Assembly (NCBI RefSeq): GCF_003704095.1
Contig: NW_020846334.1
Span: forward strand, 310,001 to 374,000
From: Pocillopora damicornis
Lineage: Eukaryota
Length of the DNA: 64,000 nt
Direction of reading: 5' to 3'
Made by a program: the position numbers and the translations under genes. Shown piece by piece: positions 51,669 to 64,000 of the stretch (positions are counted from its first letter, which is position 1; every line of letters begins with the position of its first letter). The notes beneath the pieces are model-generated. The model was not told the origin of the DNA, ran no database searches, and saw only the letters and a program-made list of their open reading frames with translations.

Positions 51669-52250
51669 TTACCTTTTTCGAGCCGAGTAGCTCACTAATT
51701 AATACCTCGGTTTCCAGATCCAGCAAAGGCTATAAAAACAACCTCGTTCCCAGGGCCTTTTCCCACTCCCAACTAAGGGAAAGAGTCTTAAACTAAAGAG
51801 TCTTACTAGTTGGATGGGATGCTACGTTCGTTCATCTTTTCATCCCCTCCCCCCGGCCCTTTACCCCAAGGGCCAACTCCACTGATAAGGAGAGGATCGA
51901 AGACCGTACCCGAGTAGACGGCGAAAATTCGACCCCACCTAAAGGCCTAAGCGTGTTCCAGGCTATGAGTCTGTTCGAATTGCTTCAGCAACTGGATGTA
52001 GAAAACCTTTACAACATCAGGAGCCTTATTATCCTGACAGAGCCCTAGAGGTGTGAGGAACAGAAACAGCCTTAACCGCTGAAACCCTACTAGAAATGTA
52101 CCTATACCCAGTCTCTTCGCTTTCCCAGCCGCCATGTTTCTGGAGTATTCGAGTCCAATTGTCAATATACGTATCGATGTTTTCGAGTCGAAACAAGTAG
52201 CTTTTTAATGGCTTGTACGCTAGGAAATTCTTTAAAATTAAGATAGCAGG

Positions 52251-53194
52251 ATGGGATCTGTTGTTTCTAACATGTATGGAGGGCTACAGTACATGATGAG
52301 TTGTGGGGGAGACAATCAAACGTTCCCTGATAATGGCCGATCGTCTCTCGCCGCGACGCCATTTGTTTGGAAACGTACCAGGTATGTATTTCACTGTTAA
52401 TCGGTTTTATTTTGGTTTTTTCTCCTCAAACTAGTGTTTTGTATACCTTATGTGATTTTTGATCAAGTAAATTAAAAATTTTTTTGAGACTTTTCGGAAG
52501 AAATTCCGTTTCATCTGACGCAAGAAAAGCCGAACTGGTAATGTTGCAGCTGAGGCCGATTAAGTCTTCGTACTTTAGAAAAAAAAATGGTACAGGTTTA
52601 ATTTTCATCACTGGAAAATAGTTTGCGTTTTCTTCCTTTGTATAGAAAAGAAAAAACTAATTTAAGAGGTAATCATGTTTAATTAGTAGATGAATTAAGG
52701 GACGAGAACACCAAAACACGACGTAAGCTTTTGGTTCTTCTTGTGCGTCATACGGTTCCTATCGACATTTTATTTGCATTAAACAAGAGATCGACACACA
52801 CTTGTCGTGTCCTCTCTTTATCCTTAGTCGGTTTTATTTTCGAAAATCATTCCTGTACCTACGTAAAGCGGCGAAACAGCTGAAAGCAGGCAATTATAGT
52901 ACAATTTTGGTTAGCCGCAAATCTCGCGAAATATTTTATTTGTGATAAGTTGAATAATCATGATCCATGGCTAATCCAGAGAATCGCGTATTTTTTCTTT
53001 CACACAGCTCCATGTACTTTGATGAAGATGGTGATCTAGCCCATGAATTTTATGAAGAAGTTAAACCAAACAAGAAAGGGAAGAAGTATTCCATGAAGAA
53101 AGTAACTCGGCGACTATTACCTCAAGGACTAGTTGATTTACCGTATCCAAGATTAAATGTGGATTTTCCAGTTGTTATGTGCGAGGCATATTAG
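52251..53194 (+). CDS. TUSC2: Tumor suppressor candidate 2 (FUS1) homolog; 105 aa
   Basis: Exons 52251-52381 (MGSVVS.. myristoylation motif; ATPFVWKRT|gtatgt) and 53008-53194 (SSMYFDEDGDLAHEFYEE..PQG.V.LPYPRLNVDFPVVMCE), with phase 2 matched. Confidence 0.93.
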
Positions 53195-54858
53195 AGAAAT
53201 GACCTCAAAATTTCTAGATCTAACCTCATATGAGATGAATGTGGAATCTATCAAGAACATTGCTAAACAGCTGGGTCTTTCACGGACAAGACTTGCATGA
53301 AATTCAGAATGTTACCAGAAACATTTTGTTCTTGACCACAGAGTTATTGCATCGTCATGCCAGACATCTCTAGCTACTTTCTTTCCTTGAGCTGGCAGTT
53401 ACTCAGGCGACCAATTTAACTGAACTGATAGCAACAACTTCTGTTTTGTATTGAGGAAGAATGCAGATGTGTAAAATAAGACTGTGACTAAATGCCTGGC
53501 AGCTAGGTAAAGGCTTAAAGTGACTAAATGCTGACAGCCAGAAATTTTCACAGAGTTTCCACTGAAAGATTCTTTCACTCTTATAAAGAATGATAGATGT
53601 TTTTTAAGAAATGTGAAGCAATTCCACTTCACTCAGAAAAATTTCTGATCAGACTGACAGGTATGGTCTCAAATAGACTAAATGCCTGGCAGTCAGAAGT
53701 TTTCTGCCGAATTCTTGTGGAAAACCTCATTTAAATCTGTCAACCCTTCACACGCGAACATCAATATGCATAATCTCCACACTGTGTTCTCTACATTTCG
53801 TAAGGTGCTGACAAGGAAAATTTGCTTAACAAGCATTCTGACTGCTGGCATTCAGTCCTTTTAAGATCATGCCCAGCTGTGGGGCATTTAGCCTTTATGT
53901 TTAAATAATGTTTGTAATGAAAGGTTGGGGACCTCCTCTCCAATTGAAATAATTCTCTTCAGGGTATTGTTGTTTTTAGTAGAAATAACAAGAAGATTGT
54001 ACAGTATTATAAAAAAATTTGGATGATGTTTTAGTCATTTATTTTTTCTGTTATTAACTAAGGTAAGGTAGATAAATTATGTTCAAATAAGAACTTAATT
54101 GAATAAGGAATGATGGATGTTGTGTTATTTTCTACCTGTTGATGGCATGCATAAACATTCAGCTTCTTTTAGCTTCCAGTTTCAGAGCTGAAAGTGATTT
54201 GGAAACTTCATGTAAAGACCAAACAAGACAATAACAATTTCACTGACAGATCAAAACTGACTAATCACAACTGCTGATTGCCACTTTTTTTTTAGCCCAC
54301 AATATGGCAACAAAATTGACCAACCAGTTTCTTTAAGCCAGACTCTTACTTGATTGACAGACAATTTGTTACTTGATTCTGAAGATGAATTCTTCTCAGG
54401 TTGTCAAAATGTCAATCACCTTCACAGACAGCCAAGGGTTTCAATGAGAGTCCATGAGAGTTGGCATTACGAGAAATTTGCTGTCTGTGTCAGGTTATCC
54501 CAGGGAAGGTTTTTGCTTTTCATTTCTAGTGACCCAATGTTTTAGAACAATGCTGTCAAGTGAAGTTTGTGGATACAAAATAATAATGAAAATAGTCTTG
54601 AAAATAGGAAAATTTTATTGCCTGGAGTTGAGGGAGGCAAACTTACATCAAAAACTGTGGAAGGAAAGGAAGATCACAGGGGTGTACCTGGAAAAATAGT
54701 TCTAACAAAACAACATCACTCCACCCAACCCTGATAATAACCTTGGTTGATTTATTTTTATTTCACTCTTTTCACTCTCACCTTTTCTTTTCTTTCTTTC
54801 TTTCTTTTTTTTTTTATGCTTGACCCACCAAGTCAATTTCTATTTCCAGAAATGCATG

Positions 54859-54992
54859 CAGTAATGAAAATGGCAAAATTTGTCAAACCTTGACTTTGCT
54901 TTGACAAATTGGACTAAAATTCACCAAAATCATCAAATCTATGAACATTAACTCTGTTTGACAAATTTTGTCTCCTTCCATTTTCATTACTG
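54859..54992. mobile_element. Short hairpin MITE
   Basis: 15-bp TIR cagtaatgaaaatgg...ccattttcattactg. Confidence 0.65.
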
Positions 54993-56123
54993 GGAGCACT
55001 TTTGGACTTAGTGAAAGAAGGTAAAGATAAGGTCTGTTCTTGAGCCAAGCGGTGAATGCAGCTGGAACTCTTGGGAAGCTAAAGGTTCACAAGGCTGAGC
55101 AGTGGTATTACTTCATATACTGGCAGAATGATCACCTGAAGTCCGTTCGGAAAACCAAGTTTACAAAACTAGTTTAATTGTGTAGGAGTTTCATCAGTTT
55201 TCAGTACATTCTTTGTCAACAAAAAAGTTTGAAACAATAAATTTTAAGTGGCTTAATAAGTAAGTGCCAATAAACTTCCCAGCACACCGTCACATTTTGC
55301 TCTGCAGTTTTTTAATTCATTGTGTTTTCAATACATTCTATGAAATAAGAGAATAACTTTTTGGGAAATTTCTGTCCATCTGAATTTTACATCTTTAACT
55401 AGAGATGATTAACAATCCGATTTTGACCTTGAAAATGGGGGGTTGACTTAAACATGAGTTCAACCTTAACATAAGTAAATACCGTACTCTTGCATTGAAA
55501 CAATAGTCACAGAGATAAAAATTATCAAAAGTTTATTCTTTGGGCTATTTGAGAACCACCAATTATAAATACTGATATTCATCCATTGTATTTATTACAT
55601 ACTGGTATCAGGGTTTTCATTAAGAAATAAGGTTACAAGGCACTGGTAAAGAGTAATAGGTAACTAAACTACATACCTGAATAAAAACTAGCTCACACAC
55701 TTAATCTTTTAACACCTATAAGTGATTAAGATGTATCTTCTCCCTATATTATCCATACATTATCCAGCAAACAGGTAATGAGAAAACTCAAACTTATCAG
55801 GTAGAAGTTGCCAAAGTCTCGTAAGCGATTTACAAGGAAATGTGTTGCAGCTAGTGGGGAGGATTAATGATCAGATTTTAGGAGTTAAAGAATTGAAGCC
55901 AGAAAATTCCATGACATGATGCATAATGAAACACCTGGCACGTATGTTACTATTTTAAAAGTGACAATGTAAAGGCAATTATTACCGTTACAATAAATTA
56001 TTATCAGTGTTAAAACTAATACAATTTGTCAATGCAGCCACTTAAAATATCCTTCTCTATTTGTAGGTGTAAGTATTCTAAACTCATATATAATACAAAA
56101 TCTATAACAGAACCTCTTTCTAG

Positions 56124-59100
56124 TTATAATCTTGCTGTTTCACCAGACTCATCAGAAGGTGGTTTTTCTTCATCGCAGACTGTTTGGTTTGGTTGTACCA
56201 GTGCCAAAGCCTGCTCTAATCTTTCCTTGTAAAGTCTGTACTTTTCTTCCACCTGTTAAAGTTAAATATTTAAGTTTGTTAACCCTTAAACTCCCATGAG
56301 TGACCAAGAGATAATTTTTCCCAACAACATAATTGATACAATATCAAGCAGACAGGTGATGGGAATGAAGAAATGCGAACTAAGAAGAGACTTTTACTTG
56401 ATCCAATACCAAATTCTCCAAACTAACATCAGAAGAATTAGAATAAACATAGTCTGTAAATCACAGCATAAACCTCGAGTTGGGGTCAATAAGAAGTTTT
56501 GTGGCTACCATGATCATCTAGCAGTTCTTCTTTCTACATCAATATAAGCCCACAGATACACAAAAGGGGCACTGGCATAAGCCAGCTTAAATTTGGGGCT
56601 CAGAAATTTGTTCCTGTGAGCCCCTATTTAAAAATTCCTCTGTTGCTTGTGGGGAAATGAAAGTTACATTCATTCTAATATTTCATAAATACCTAGTATA
56701 TATATATGACAATGATGGCTGATATAACAATAAGCCACTGACCTGCAATATGTGTTCCTCCTCTTCTTTGTCCAGTATCTTCATGAAATTTTGAAGCTCT
56801 GGTATGGAGAATACCTCCCACTGAAAAAAAATGTCACACAGCTGTCAAAATGAAAATAGGGGTTGGAGTATTCTGCGTATTACACTACCATAAATCTTTT
56901 TTTTTTGGGCTATCTTTTTTGACTCATATGATAATGAATTCAACCAAAAGGACAGGCTACATAGATTCATTTGGATTCATAAGTTAGATTTATCTATTTG
57001 TTGTCCAACCTATAGGCCATTTTACAGTTGTGAACTCAGTTGCCAAGCCTTTGATTTGGAGTGAGGCTGAAGGTGACCTTGTTGTGATAGAGACCAGTAT
57101 CTAGTTAGCATGAAAACAAAGTAATTTACATTTGAAAAGCAGCAAGGTTTGTATTATAACAAGGTCACCCTTGGCCTTACTCCTATTCAAAGGCTTTGCA
57201 ACCAACCCAACAACTGTAAAATGAACTAGATTAATCTACTTCTTTTCAAACCAATTTACTTCATATAACTTTCAAAGGGCAAAAATTATAACTGTAAAAA
57301 TGTTAAGTGTAAAGTTAACCCCTGGGTTTACCCAATTTTAATTTGAAAATTTGGCTGCACTTACCACAATATCTCCTGTTTCATTCTCCTGGAGTGAGAA
57401 TTTGTGTCTTAAATCTGCTCCACCCCAAAGTAACCTTAGCACCAGGGGTTTCTCAAAGTCAGACATCCGACGAAGAATAACTGAAAGAAAAATCATCAAA
57501 AAAGACTTTATATAATGGGTTAAATACATTGCATCAAACTCTACCTAGTTTCACAGAAAGCATGTAAAACACTGATTAAAAAGGATAACATACTTCACAT
57601 GGTTTTCTTATGCCTTTCACATGACAAATTTCGCAAGTAAGATTGTGACATGTTATACAAATGTGTTATGAAAATGGTGTGAAATGTTTCACAAGATATT
57701 TCAAACACTGTATCACATAATTGCTTCTGGTAATGTAGACCATTATTGGAAATGAATGCATTCACTCAGCCATTTGATGGAAGCCTAAAAAATTTGAGCA
57801 ATAAGTCCGAAAGGCAGAGAGGTAATTATAATCTTTATTTGTATATACCAAACAGGGGAATAGTGCTATTTAGTTTTACTCCATTTTTAAATCTTGACTT
57901 TTAACACAACAAAATATTAAGCCAATCATTCAGTTTTTTTTACCAGTCATGTAAACTGGTCTTGCTTATGTTGTTTTCAACTTTTGCACACAGCTTATGC
58001 AAGCAATATGACATTCAGACAAAGTTGTGGGATATATTAAGAAAACTAGAGGCCAAAATACTGAAAACTAATTAAAAAGTGGTATAATAAATCCCTTGAT
58101 CAATGGTTTAACATTTAATAATGATGGACATTCTGCTCATTGCTTGTAATTTTCTTAGTAACTCCAGGGCTAAGAAAAACATGTAACTTGCAAAATATAC
58201 ATGTGTTGTGTGTTAAATTATTGATAAAGTTGTATGAAGTGCTTAGCAGGTAAAGAAAAACCTGTTGAAACCTACTATGGTCATCTTCTTCCTGGTAACA
58301 CTCAAATAATGCAAATTTTCTTGGATTATCAGCAACTTTGAACTTCTTGAGAAGAGCTACAATGACCTAGGGAAAAAAAAGGAATCTTAAAACAAAAATT
58401 CCAGCATTATTAACTGATGGTCACTAAAAACAGAGATTAGTTTCTTTTAGTTTTCTTTGAAGAGAATTGTGGTCAGTGTTAGATGTAGTGGCAAGCAAGT
58501 GAAACTTAGCAGTTGAATGTCACCTGGAAGTTGGAAAAGGTGTTAAATGAATTAATTGTTTAGAAAAACCCAATTTTGAATGTTAACCTCTTCTTGGAAC
58601 TTAAAAATGTTGCAGCTCTCTCTCCTCAAGGATCAACATTCAACAGTACATTTTCCAAAATTCCTCTAGTGGTAAATTCACCACATTCAGAATCAATTGC
58701 AGACAATCAACACATGATTGATTAAAGAACACTTATAAAAGGCTTAACAATTCAAACAAAAGTTGATAGAAAATAAACAAATATGCATTCAGAGAGACCC
58801 ACCTGATGAACAGTAGTTTCACTAGTTACATGTAAAGCTTTCTCAGTCTCAAGTGGAAGGAAAAATGATGTCCGCTGGGAAGTCTATGAGATGAGACTCA
58901 AGATTAGCTCTTTATTTAATGAAAGGACAAGGCTGTGTTGAAACCTTCAAAATTATATTTCCAGCTTTAATGTGTAAATAAAGCAGTGCTTCAAGCTGCA
59001 ACTGCTTTGCTTACAGAGACCAGAAGTAACAATTTTGTTACACTATTGGCAGTATTAATTGCTAGTTCAGCAGTCATCCAATCAGCTGTTTTTTTTGTGT

Positions 59101-61844
59101 TTTGACTAAATCTTTACTATGATCTAAGTGGAATGGTGGCTTTATGCTTAACCCTTTACCTCCAACCCATGAGTGACCAAGACAGAATTTCTCCTTACAA
59201 TATCAATACAACATCAACCAGATAAGTGATGAGGTTAAGGAAAAATATCAATTTGGGGATAATTAGTTGATCCAATACTAAATTATCTCAACTAACAATA
59301 TAAGAATTGTATGGTTGACAGCAAGGAGAATTACAAATTTGATCTGGGAGTGAAAAGGTTAAAGTGATGTACTATGGATGGGAGGTTCAGGTTTGAAATC
59401 CATCTGGGTCAATGTGTTATGCTCTTGAGCAAGACACTAACATGTACCTCTCACAGTGCTTCTCTCCACCCAGGAGTAAAATGGGTACTTGCAAATTGTT
59501 CAGAAAGCTTGGCGAAAAGCTAGGGAGTAATCTTGCAATGGACTATCATCCCACCCAGAGAGGGGGGAGGGGGTGGTGATACTCCTTATTGCTTCATGCT
59601 AAAAAGGAAACTGAGATAAACCTTCGTTGCAAGGGCCATTGGCCTTGAGTACAGATTTTACCTTTAACTTAATATAATTACAATCACCTTCTGATTCAGA
59701 TCATCATCATCCTTTGACTTTACAGCGGTCTGAAAAATTGACAGGGGTCTCTCTCCTTCGATGATGTGGATTGGACGGAGTAAGTTCATATTAACACGGA
59801 TAAAGCCTTGGTATGTGTCCTCAGTCCTCTGGCAAAAAAAAACAAGCTTTGGATTAGAAAATATAGAGCAAACTTTAAGGGGGGTCTTGATGGAGAAAGA
59901 AAAATCTAATTGCTAATTCTCCCCTTCAGCTTTTATACAACTCCTTGAAAATAAGTTGGGAGAATTTGGTATTAGCTCAAAGTAACAACTTCTACCTGAC
60001 AAGTTTGGGTTTTCTCATTTGCTGTTTGCTGGATAATGTATAGATAAGATAATGAGAAGTTTCATGTTAATCACCTCTGAGAAGTAAAGAGTTAAAATTT
60101 TGACCACTTAATTGCTAATGGTTTATTTCTCTCCATTATGGTTAAAAGAATTTTTTTACTGCATTTTTTCTTTGACTAGCCCATTATTATTTGTCCATTT
60201 TTATGGCTAACAGCTAATTTTTTTTTATTGTTTTACAGTTATGAGTAAACCCCAATGAGACCCTCTTTAACTGTTCAACCCCTAAGAGTGACCAGCTTCT
60301 AAATTCTCCTTACAATATCACCCCTGCATCAAACATTAAGGCCATGAGAATCAAAGAAATGATCACCAACTTAGAAAGCTCTTGATTTTCAAGCAAATTC
60401 CCCTCATCAGTGCTTAAGAAAATGTTCAGAGAACAGTATGGAGAATATGCAAACTGATGTTAGGGTGTAAAGGGTTGAAGCACTTACAGTTCTGACGTCA
60501 GGCCCTGGTTGTGTGAAGGTTGGATAAACCTGTCCACAGGATAAATCTCTTTCTGGTGGATAGTGCAGTACATTCTGTTAGCACTTATCCACTGGATAGT
60601 GATTTATCTGTTGGATAGCATTCTCTGCCCTTCATACAACCTGTCCCAGATTGGCACTTTTAAACATATGCTACGCCATGAATTCAAAATCTATCCACAA
60701 CAAGTACAAATTTGACATGATTAGCTTTCCCAACGATTTAGTACAAAAATCATGGTTACCATAGACATTATAAGTCCAGTTGTGCTTGAATTGTATTCAT
60801 CAATTTTCACACGAAGAAGGCTTCCTGTTGGGGAGTCTGTGTACAGCATAAACGGTTCTTTCCTCTTCTCTCCCTATAAAGATTCACAAGAAAGACAACT
60901 TCAGGTCAGCTATAAATTGTACAGATAGCTACACAACCATAGGTAATCCTTTAATTCCCATGTGTGACCAAGATAGAAATTTCTCTTTACAACATCAATA
61001 AAATATCAAGCAGAAAGCTGATGAGAGTGAAGGAAAATTCAGATTAGGGGATTATTAGTTTATCCAACATCAAATTCTCCAAAACGACATCATATGAATC
61101 GTAGGACAGACAGTAAGGAGAATTACAAATGAGATCTTTGGGAGGTAAAGGGTAAAGAAAAAGCTGTGTATCACTCATTCGCAGATAATTTTAAAGACAG
61201 TTGTAACTTGGCTGTATACCAAGTGGAGCCCACAAGTTTGAAGAAGATTGAACTGGGAGAAATTAAAAACTGATACAGAGAGGAACTGGCCAGAAGGTTG
61301 GAGCCTATGGCCCTCCTCCTCCCTCTAGCCACAGAAATAAATGAATGCCTGATTTCAGTTCAGGCTTCCTTCAAAATTATCCCTTAATATACCATTTTAT
61401 CCCAGTTAATCTCCTCTCCAACACACTCTAAGTCCCTGAAATGAAATGTATTTGTGTAACCCAACAAAAAAAAACCCTTCACCTAATTACAGCCCAAGTA
61501 TTATTTCAGGGAGTTAAAATTTACTTTAAATTACACCTTTTTGAGAGAAAAATATCCAAATTCACTTTCAAATGGGACTTTACCCAAACTGTATAGGAGA
61601 CCAGGACATTTGCTCTGACTACACAGTCACAAAAAACATATGGACATGCAGGGACAGTTTATATACAGCTGCACAGGCACTTAGCCACACTGCCCACTCA
61701 AAAGTGATGACATTACCTGATCTACAAGATGCAATGTCTTCATGGTCACCTCATCAACTGACATCATTCTTTCATACAGCCAGCCTCCAGTACAGTCTAA
61801 ATCCACATCCTCCTTGCATCGTCTGTGACAAGTGTACTTGCAAT
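56124..61844 (-). CDS. RASSF1: Ras association domain family protein, RASSF1/3/5-like (C1 end, RA, SARAH); 5' exons lie beyond the window
   Basis: Phase-consistent exons: 61844-61717 (CKYTCHRRCKEDVDLDC), 60873-60760, 59828-59688 (YQGFIRVNMNLLRPI), 58883-58803 (RTSFFLP), 58366-58276 (VIVALLKKFKVADNPRKFALFE), 57480-57365 (LQENETGDIV), 56820-56743 (WEVFSIPELQNFMKILDKEE, SARAH), 56252-56124. Confidence 0.9.
57018..57223. mobile_element. Hairpin MITE in a RASSF intron
   Basis: cattttacagttg...caactgtaaaatg termini and internal inverted ggtgaccttgtt/aacaaggtcacc. Confidence 0.7.
59152..59358. mobile_element. piggyBac-like MITE copy
   Basis: ttaa|ccctt...aaaagg|ttaa. Shares the catgagtgaccaagacagaatttctccttacaatatc core with other copies (35278-35457, 56279+, 60945-61153). 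Confidence 0.65.
59375..59665 (+). mobile_element. tRNA-derived SINE-like repeat
   Basis: Matches the reverse-strand copies at ~13165-13430 and ~26915-27300 (gcaatggactatcatccca..gcttcatgcta; gcaagacact..tctcacagtgc). Confidence 0.55.
60502..60650. repeat. Palindromic repeat family (ggccc.gtt..ggata..tatcc; also 29636-29781 and 22010-22460)
   Basis: Inverted termini and repeated ggata/tatcc units shared among three loci. Confidence 0.55.
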
Positions 61845-64000
61845 CTGTAAACACAGAAATAGGAAAATTCCCCTGAATTAACAAAGCTCCCAGCTTCAAA
61901 GCTTAATTTACAAAGACTCAATCATCAATTCTTCTGGACAGGAAGTGAAAATGAAAGCATTAAAACACAATTCTTGAAAGTTTCAAATTTAGCTTCAAAG
62001 TGAAATTGTCACCTTACATTTGAGTATTACTGTCACTGTTTTTTTCTTTGCTTTGGGGTTATTGAAAATGCTCTCGCTCCTATTTAGATCAAAAGAAACC
62101 ATTGAAGGTGAGCTTTTCAGAGAAAAAAATAACTTGAAGATGCCAGCAAAAACCAGACAGGAACAGTAGGAATGAAAAAAAATTAACATGGATTGAAGAA
62201 AGCTGATTGGAAGAAACTAAACCCATTTGAGGGTTTTATTTTATTGTAAATAGAAATAGCCCATTTAAGATTATGTGTGCCATTCGTTGAAAATGAAATA
62301 TATTTACATTTCACTCTAAGAACAGAAAATCAAAAAATAAATTTTCTTACATTTAGAAATTTTTTACTAGCAACACAGTAAAAATTCCCTGCAGAAAAAA
62401 AGGCCTTACTTCAAAGATAGCTCAATAATGACAGTCCATTCTTGAGAAATTAAGAAACAAATATTGATTGAAAGCAGACTCAAATGTAAATGACTAAATT
62501 GGATGTTAGAAGATGAATAATCTTCTATTTTTAATTAACAAGAGGTGAGAAGGTGTCAATTTTCTGATTAAATCTCATATTTTGGTCTCCACCCATTAAA
62601 AAATTCATTTCTTCACTTATTTTGCCCAATGAGACATTTTGGTTGTTTAATGAATGTGTATTTGGTGAAAAAACTTCAGACTTCTCATCCACCACAGTTG
62701 ATAATGAAAGGACGATTCATCTCTTTTGAAGATTATATCTGATCAAATGGAAGCCACTGGATTTCAAATTCTTTTAACTGTCACATAAAAAACTCACCAC
62801 AAAAATGTGGTCCTTTACTGACAGAAAAAAGCAATTTGATCCTTTCTGTAGTTAAAGGTAATTTTTGATTATTACAAAATTGCATGCAGCTGAACTCACA
62901 ATGTTTCTTTGCATCATATACTTCTCCTTAAAAATTAATTTTGTCCCAGCCTTGCCATGCATTTGTACTATAATGACAATGGTCACAAGATGACATAGAA
63001 ATAAAAATTTTTCTGATTACTTTGCAAACTCTCGTGTCTATGTAATATTTATTAATTTAATTACAGCTCTATCAATAATAAAATACAGAAGAATGTAAAT
63101 GAAAAAATTGTGAGGTAAGCATCCCCTTGTCAGTAAAATTATAATATATTAACCTGTCTTGAGTTTGCGTTTTTTTCATTAAACAAGTGGCTGTCCCTAC
63201 TGACAAGGGAACATCTCCATTAAAAAAAGAGCACCTACAAATGACAGAGATAAAGACAGTTTCTCTGATCTATTACATACGGACCAATACAGGCTGTACA
63301 TTTTTCACTTCAGTGGACAATTTTAGGGGTCATCAGTAAAATGAACATAAAAAAATTCTTTTAGCTAACAGTACCCTTCAAAGAATTTGTTTAGCAGAAG
63401 AGAAATATTTTGTTACTTGCCTGGAACTGATCAATAGTTCAAATTTCAAGGCCAAAGGAAGGTGAAGGAAATTTGTGAATATTGATTAAGATTATGTAAT
63501 ATTGCTTAGGATTTGAAGCTTATGATTTAAAGTTACAATAATATTATAATTCAAGTACAGGCACAAGTGCAAATGAAGGTAGATACTTGTGAATGCAGAA
63601 ATTAGTTTCAAAACTGCCATAAGACTCTTCTTGTCTTAGAAGAGGAACAATTTATACGGATGTTCCACACAATATAATTGACAATTCCAAATTGCACCAT
63701 CTGTTATTCAAGAGTTTTAGCTATTAAATGGGATGTTTACACGGCGATAAAGATTTCTTCTGCTGAGAATTTTTTAGGTATACTTAATTAAACATGATTA
63801 CTGGAGTAAGAAAGAGATTACCTCTCCCCACCCTCCCCCCCCCTCCAGCCTCTCTTCTCAACCAATACCCAAGTCAATGAATGCCTCAAAGACCAAACTC
63901 ATACTAACCACTTAGTGACAAAAAAGGAGTTTTCTTCTACAATATCAAAACATTTTCAGAAGACACCCACATCCATACTGAGAAATGTTGTTCCATAAAA

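Noticed and set aside
1-64000. Prokaryotic features (CRISPR array, operons) or contamination as the source of HIS2
   Set aside because: There is no repeat-spacer array. All genes are spliceosomal, and HIS2 introns carry host MITEs.

Overview
AT-rich, intron-rich animal DNA. The repeat families and a fungal-type histidine-biosynthesis gene suggest a scleractinian coral, probably of the robust clade (inference). Most ORF-track entries are noise, so genes were rebuilt by hand from splice sites and reading phase. Six supported genes: GCNA/ACRC (-, 16 exons, ~863 aa, one GC-AG intron); COQ2 (+, head-to-head with GCNA, middle exons probably lost in an N-gap); ubinuclein UBN1/2 (-, 24 exons, ~1042 aa); a HIS2/HisK-type PHP histidinol-phosphatase (+, 3 exons, 313 aa, head-to-head with UBN); TUSC2/FUS1 (+, 2 exons); and a C1-RA-SARAH RASSF1/5-like gene (-, 5' end outside the window) convergent with TUSC2, echoing the human 3p21.3 neighbourhood. 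Two unrecognised candidates stand out. One is a type I membrane protein with a small S/T-rich ectodomain and a 10-tyrosine SH2-docking tail. The other is a putatively spliced small gene whose last exon encodes a LINE-ORF2-type CCHC zinc knuckle (possible domestication). Introns are packed with MITEs (a TTAA/piggyBac-like family and hairpin elements), tRNA-derived SINE-like repeats and degenerate Penelope-type hammerhead remnants. There are four N-gaps. No database searches were run, and all family calls rest on recognised motifs.
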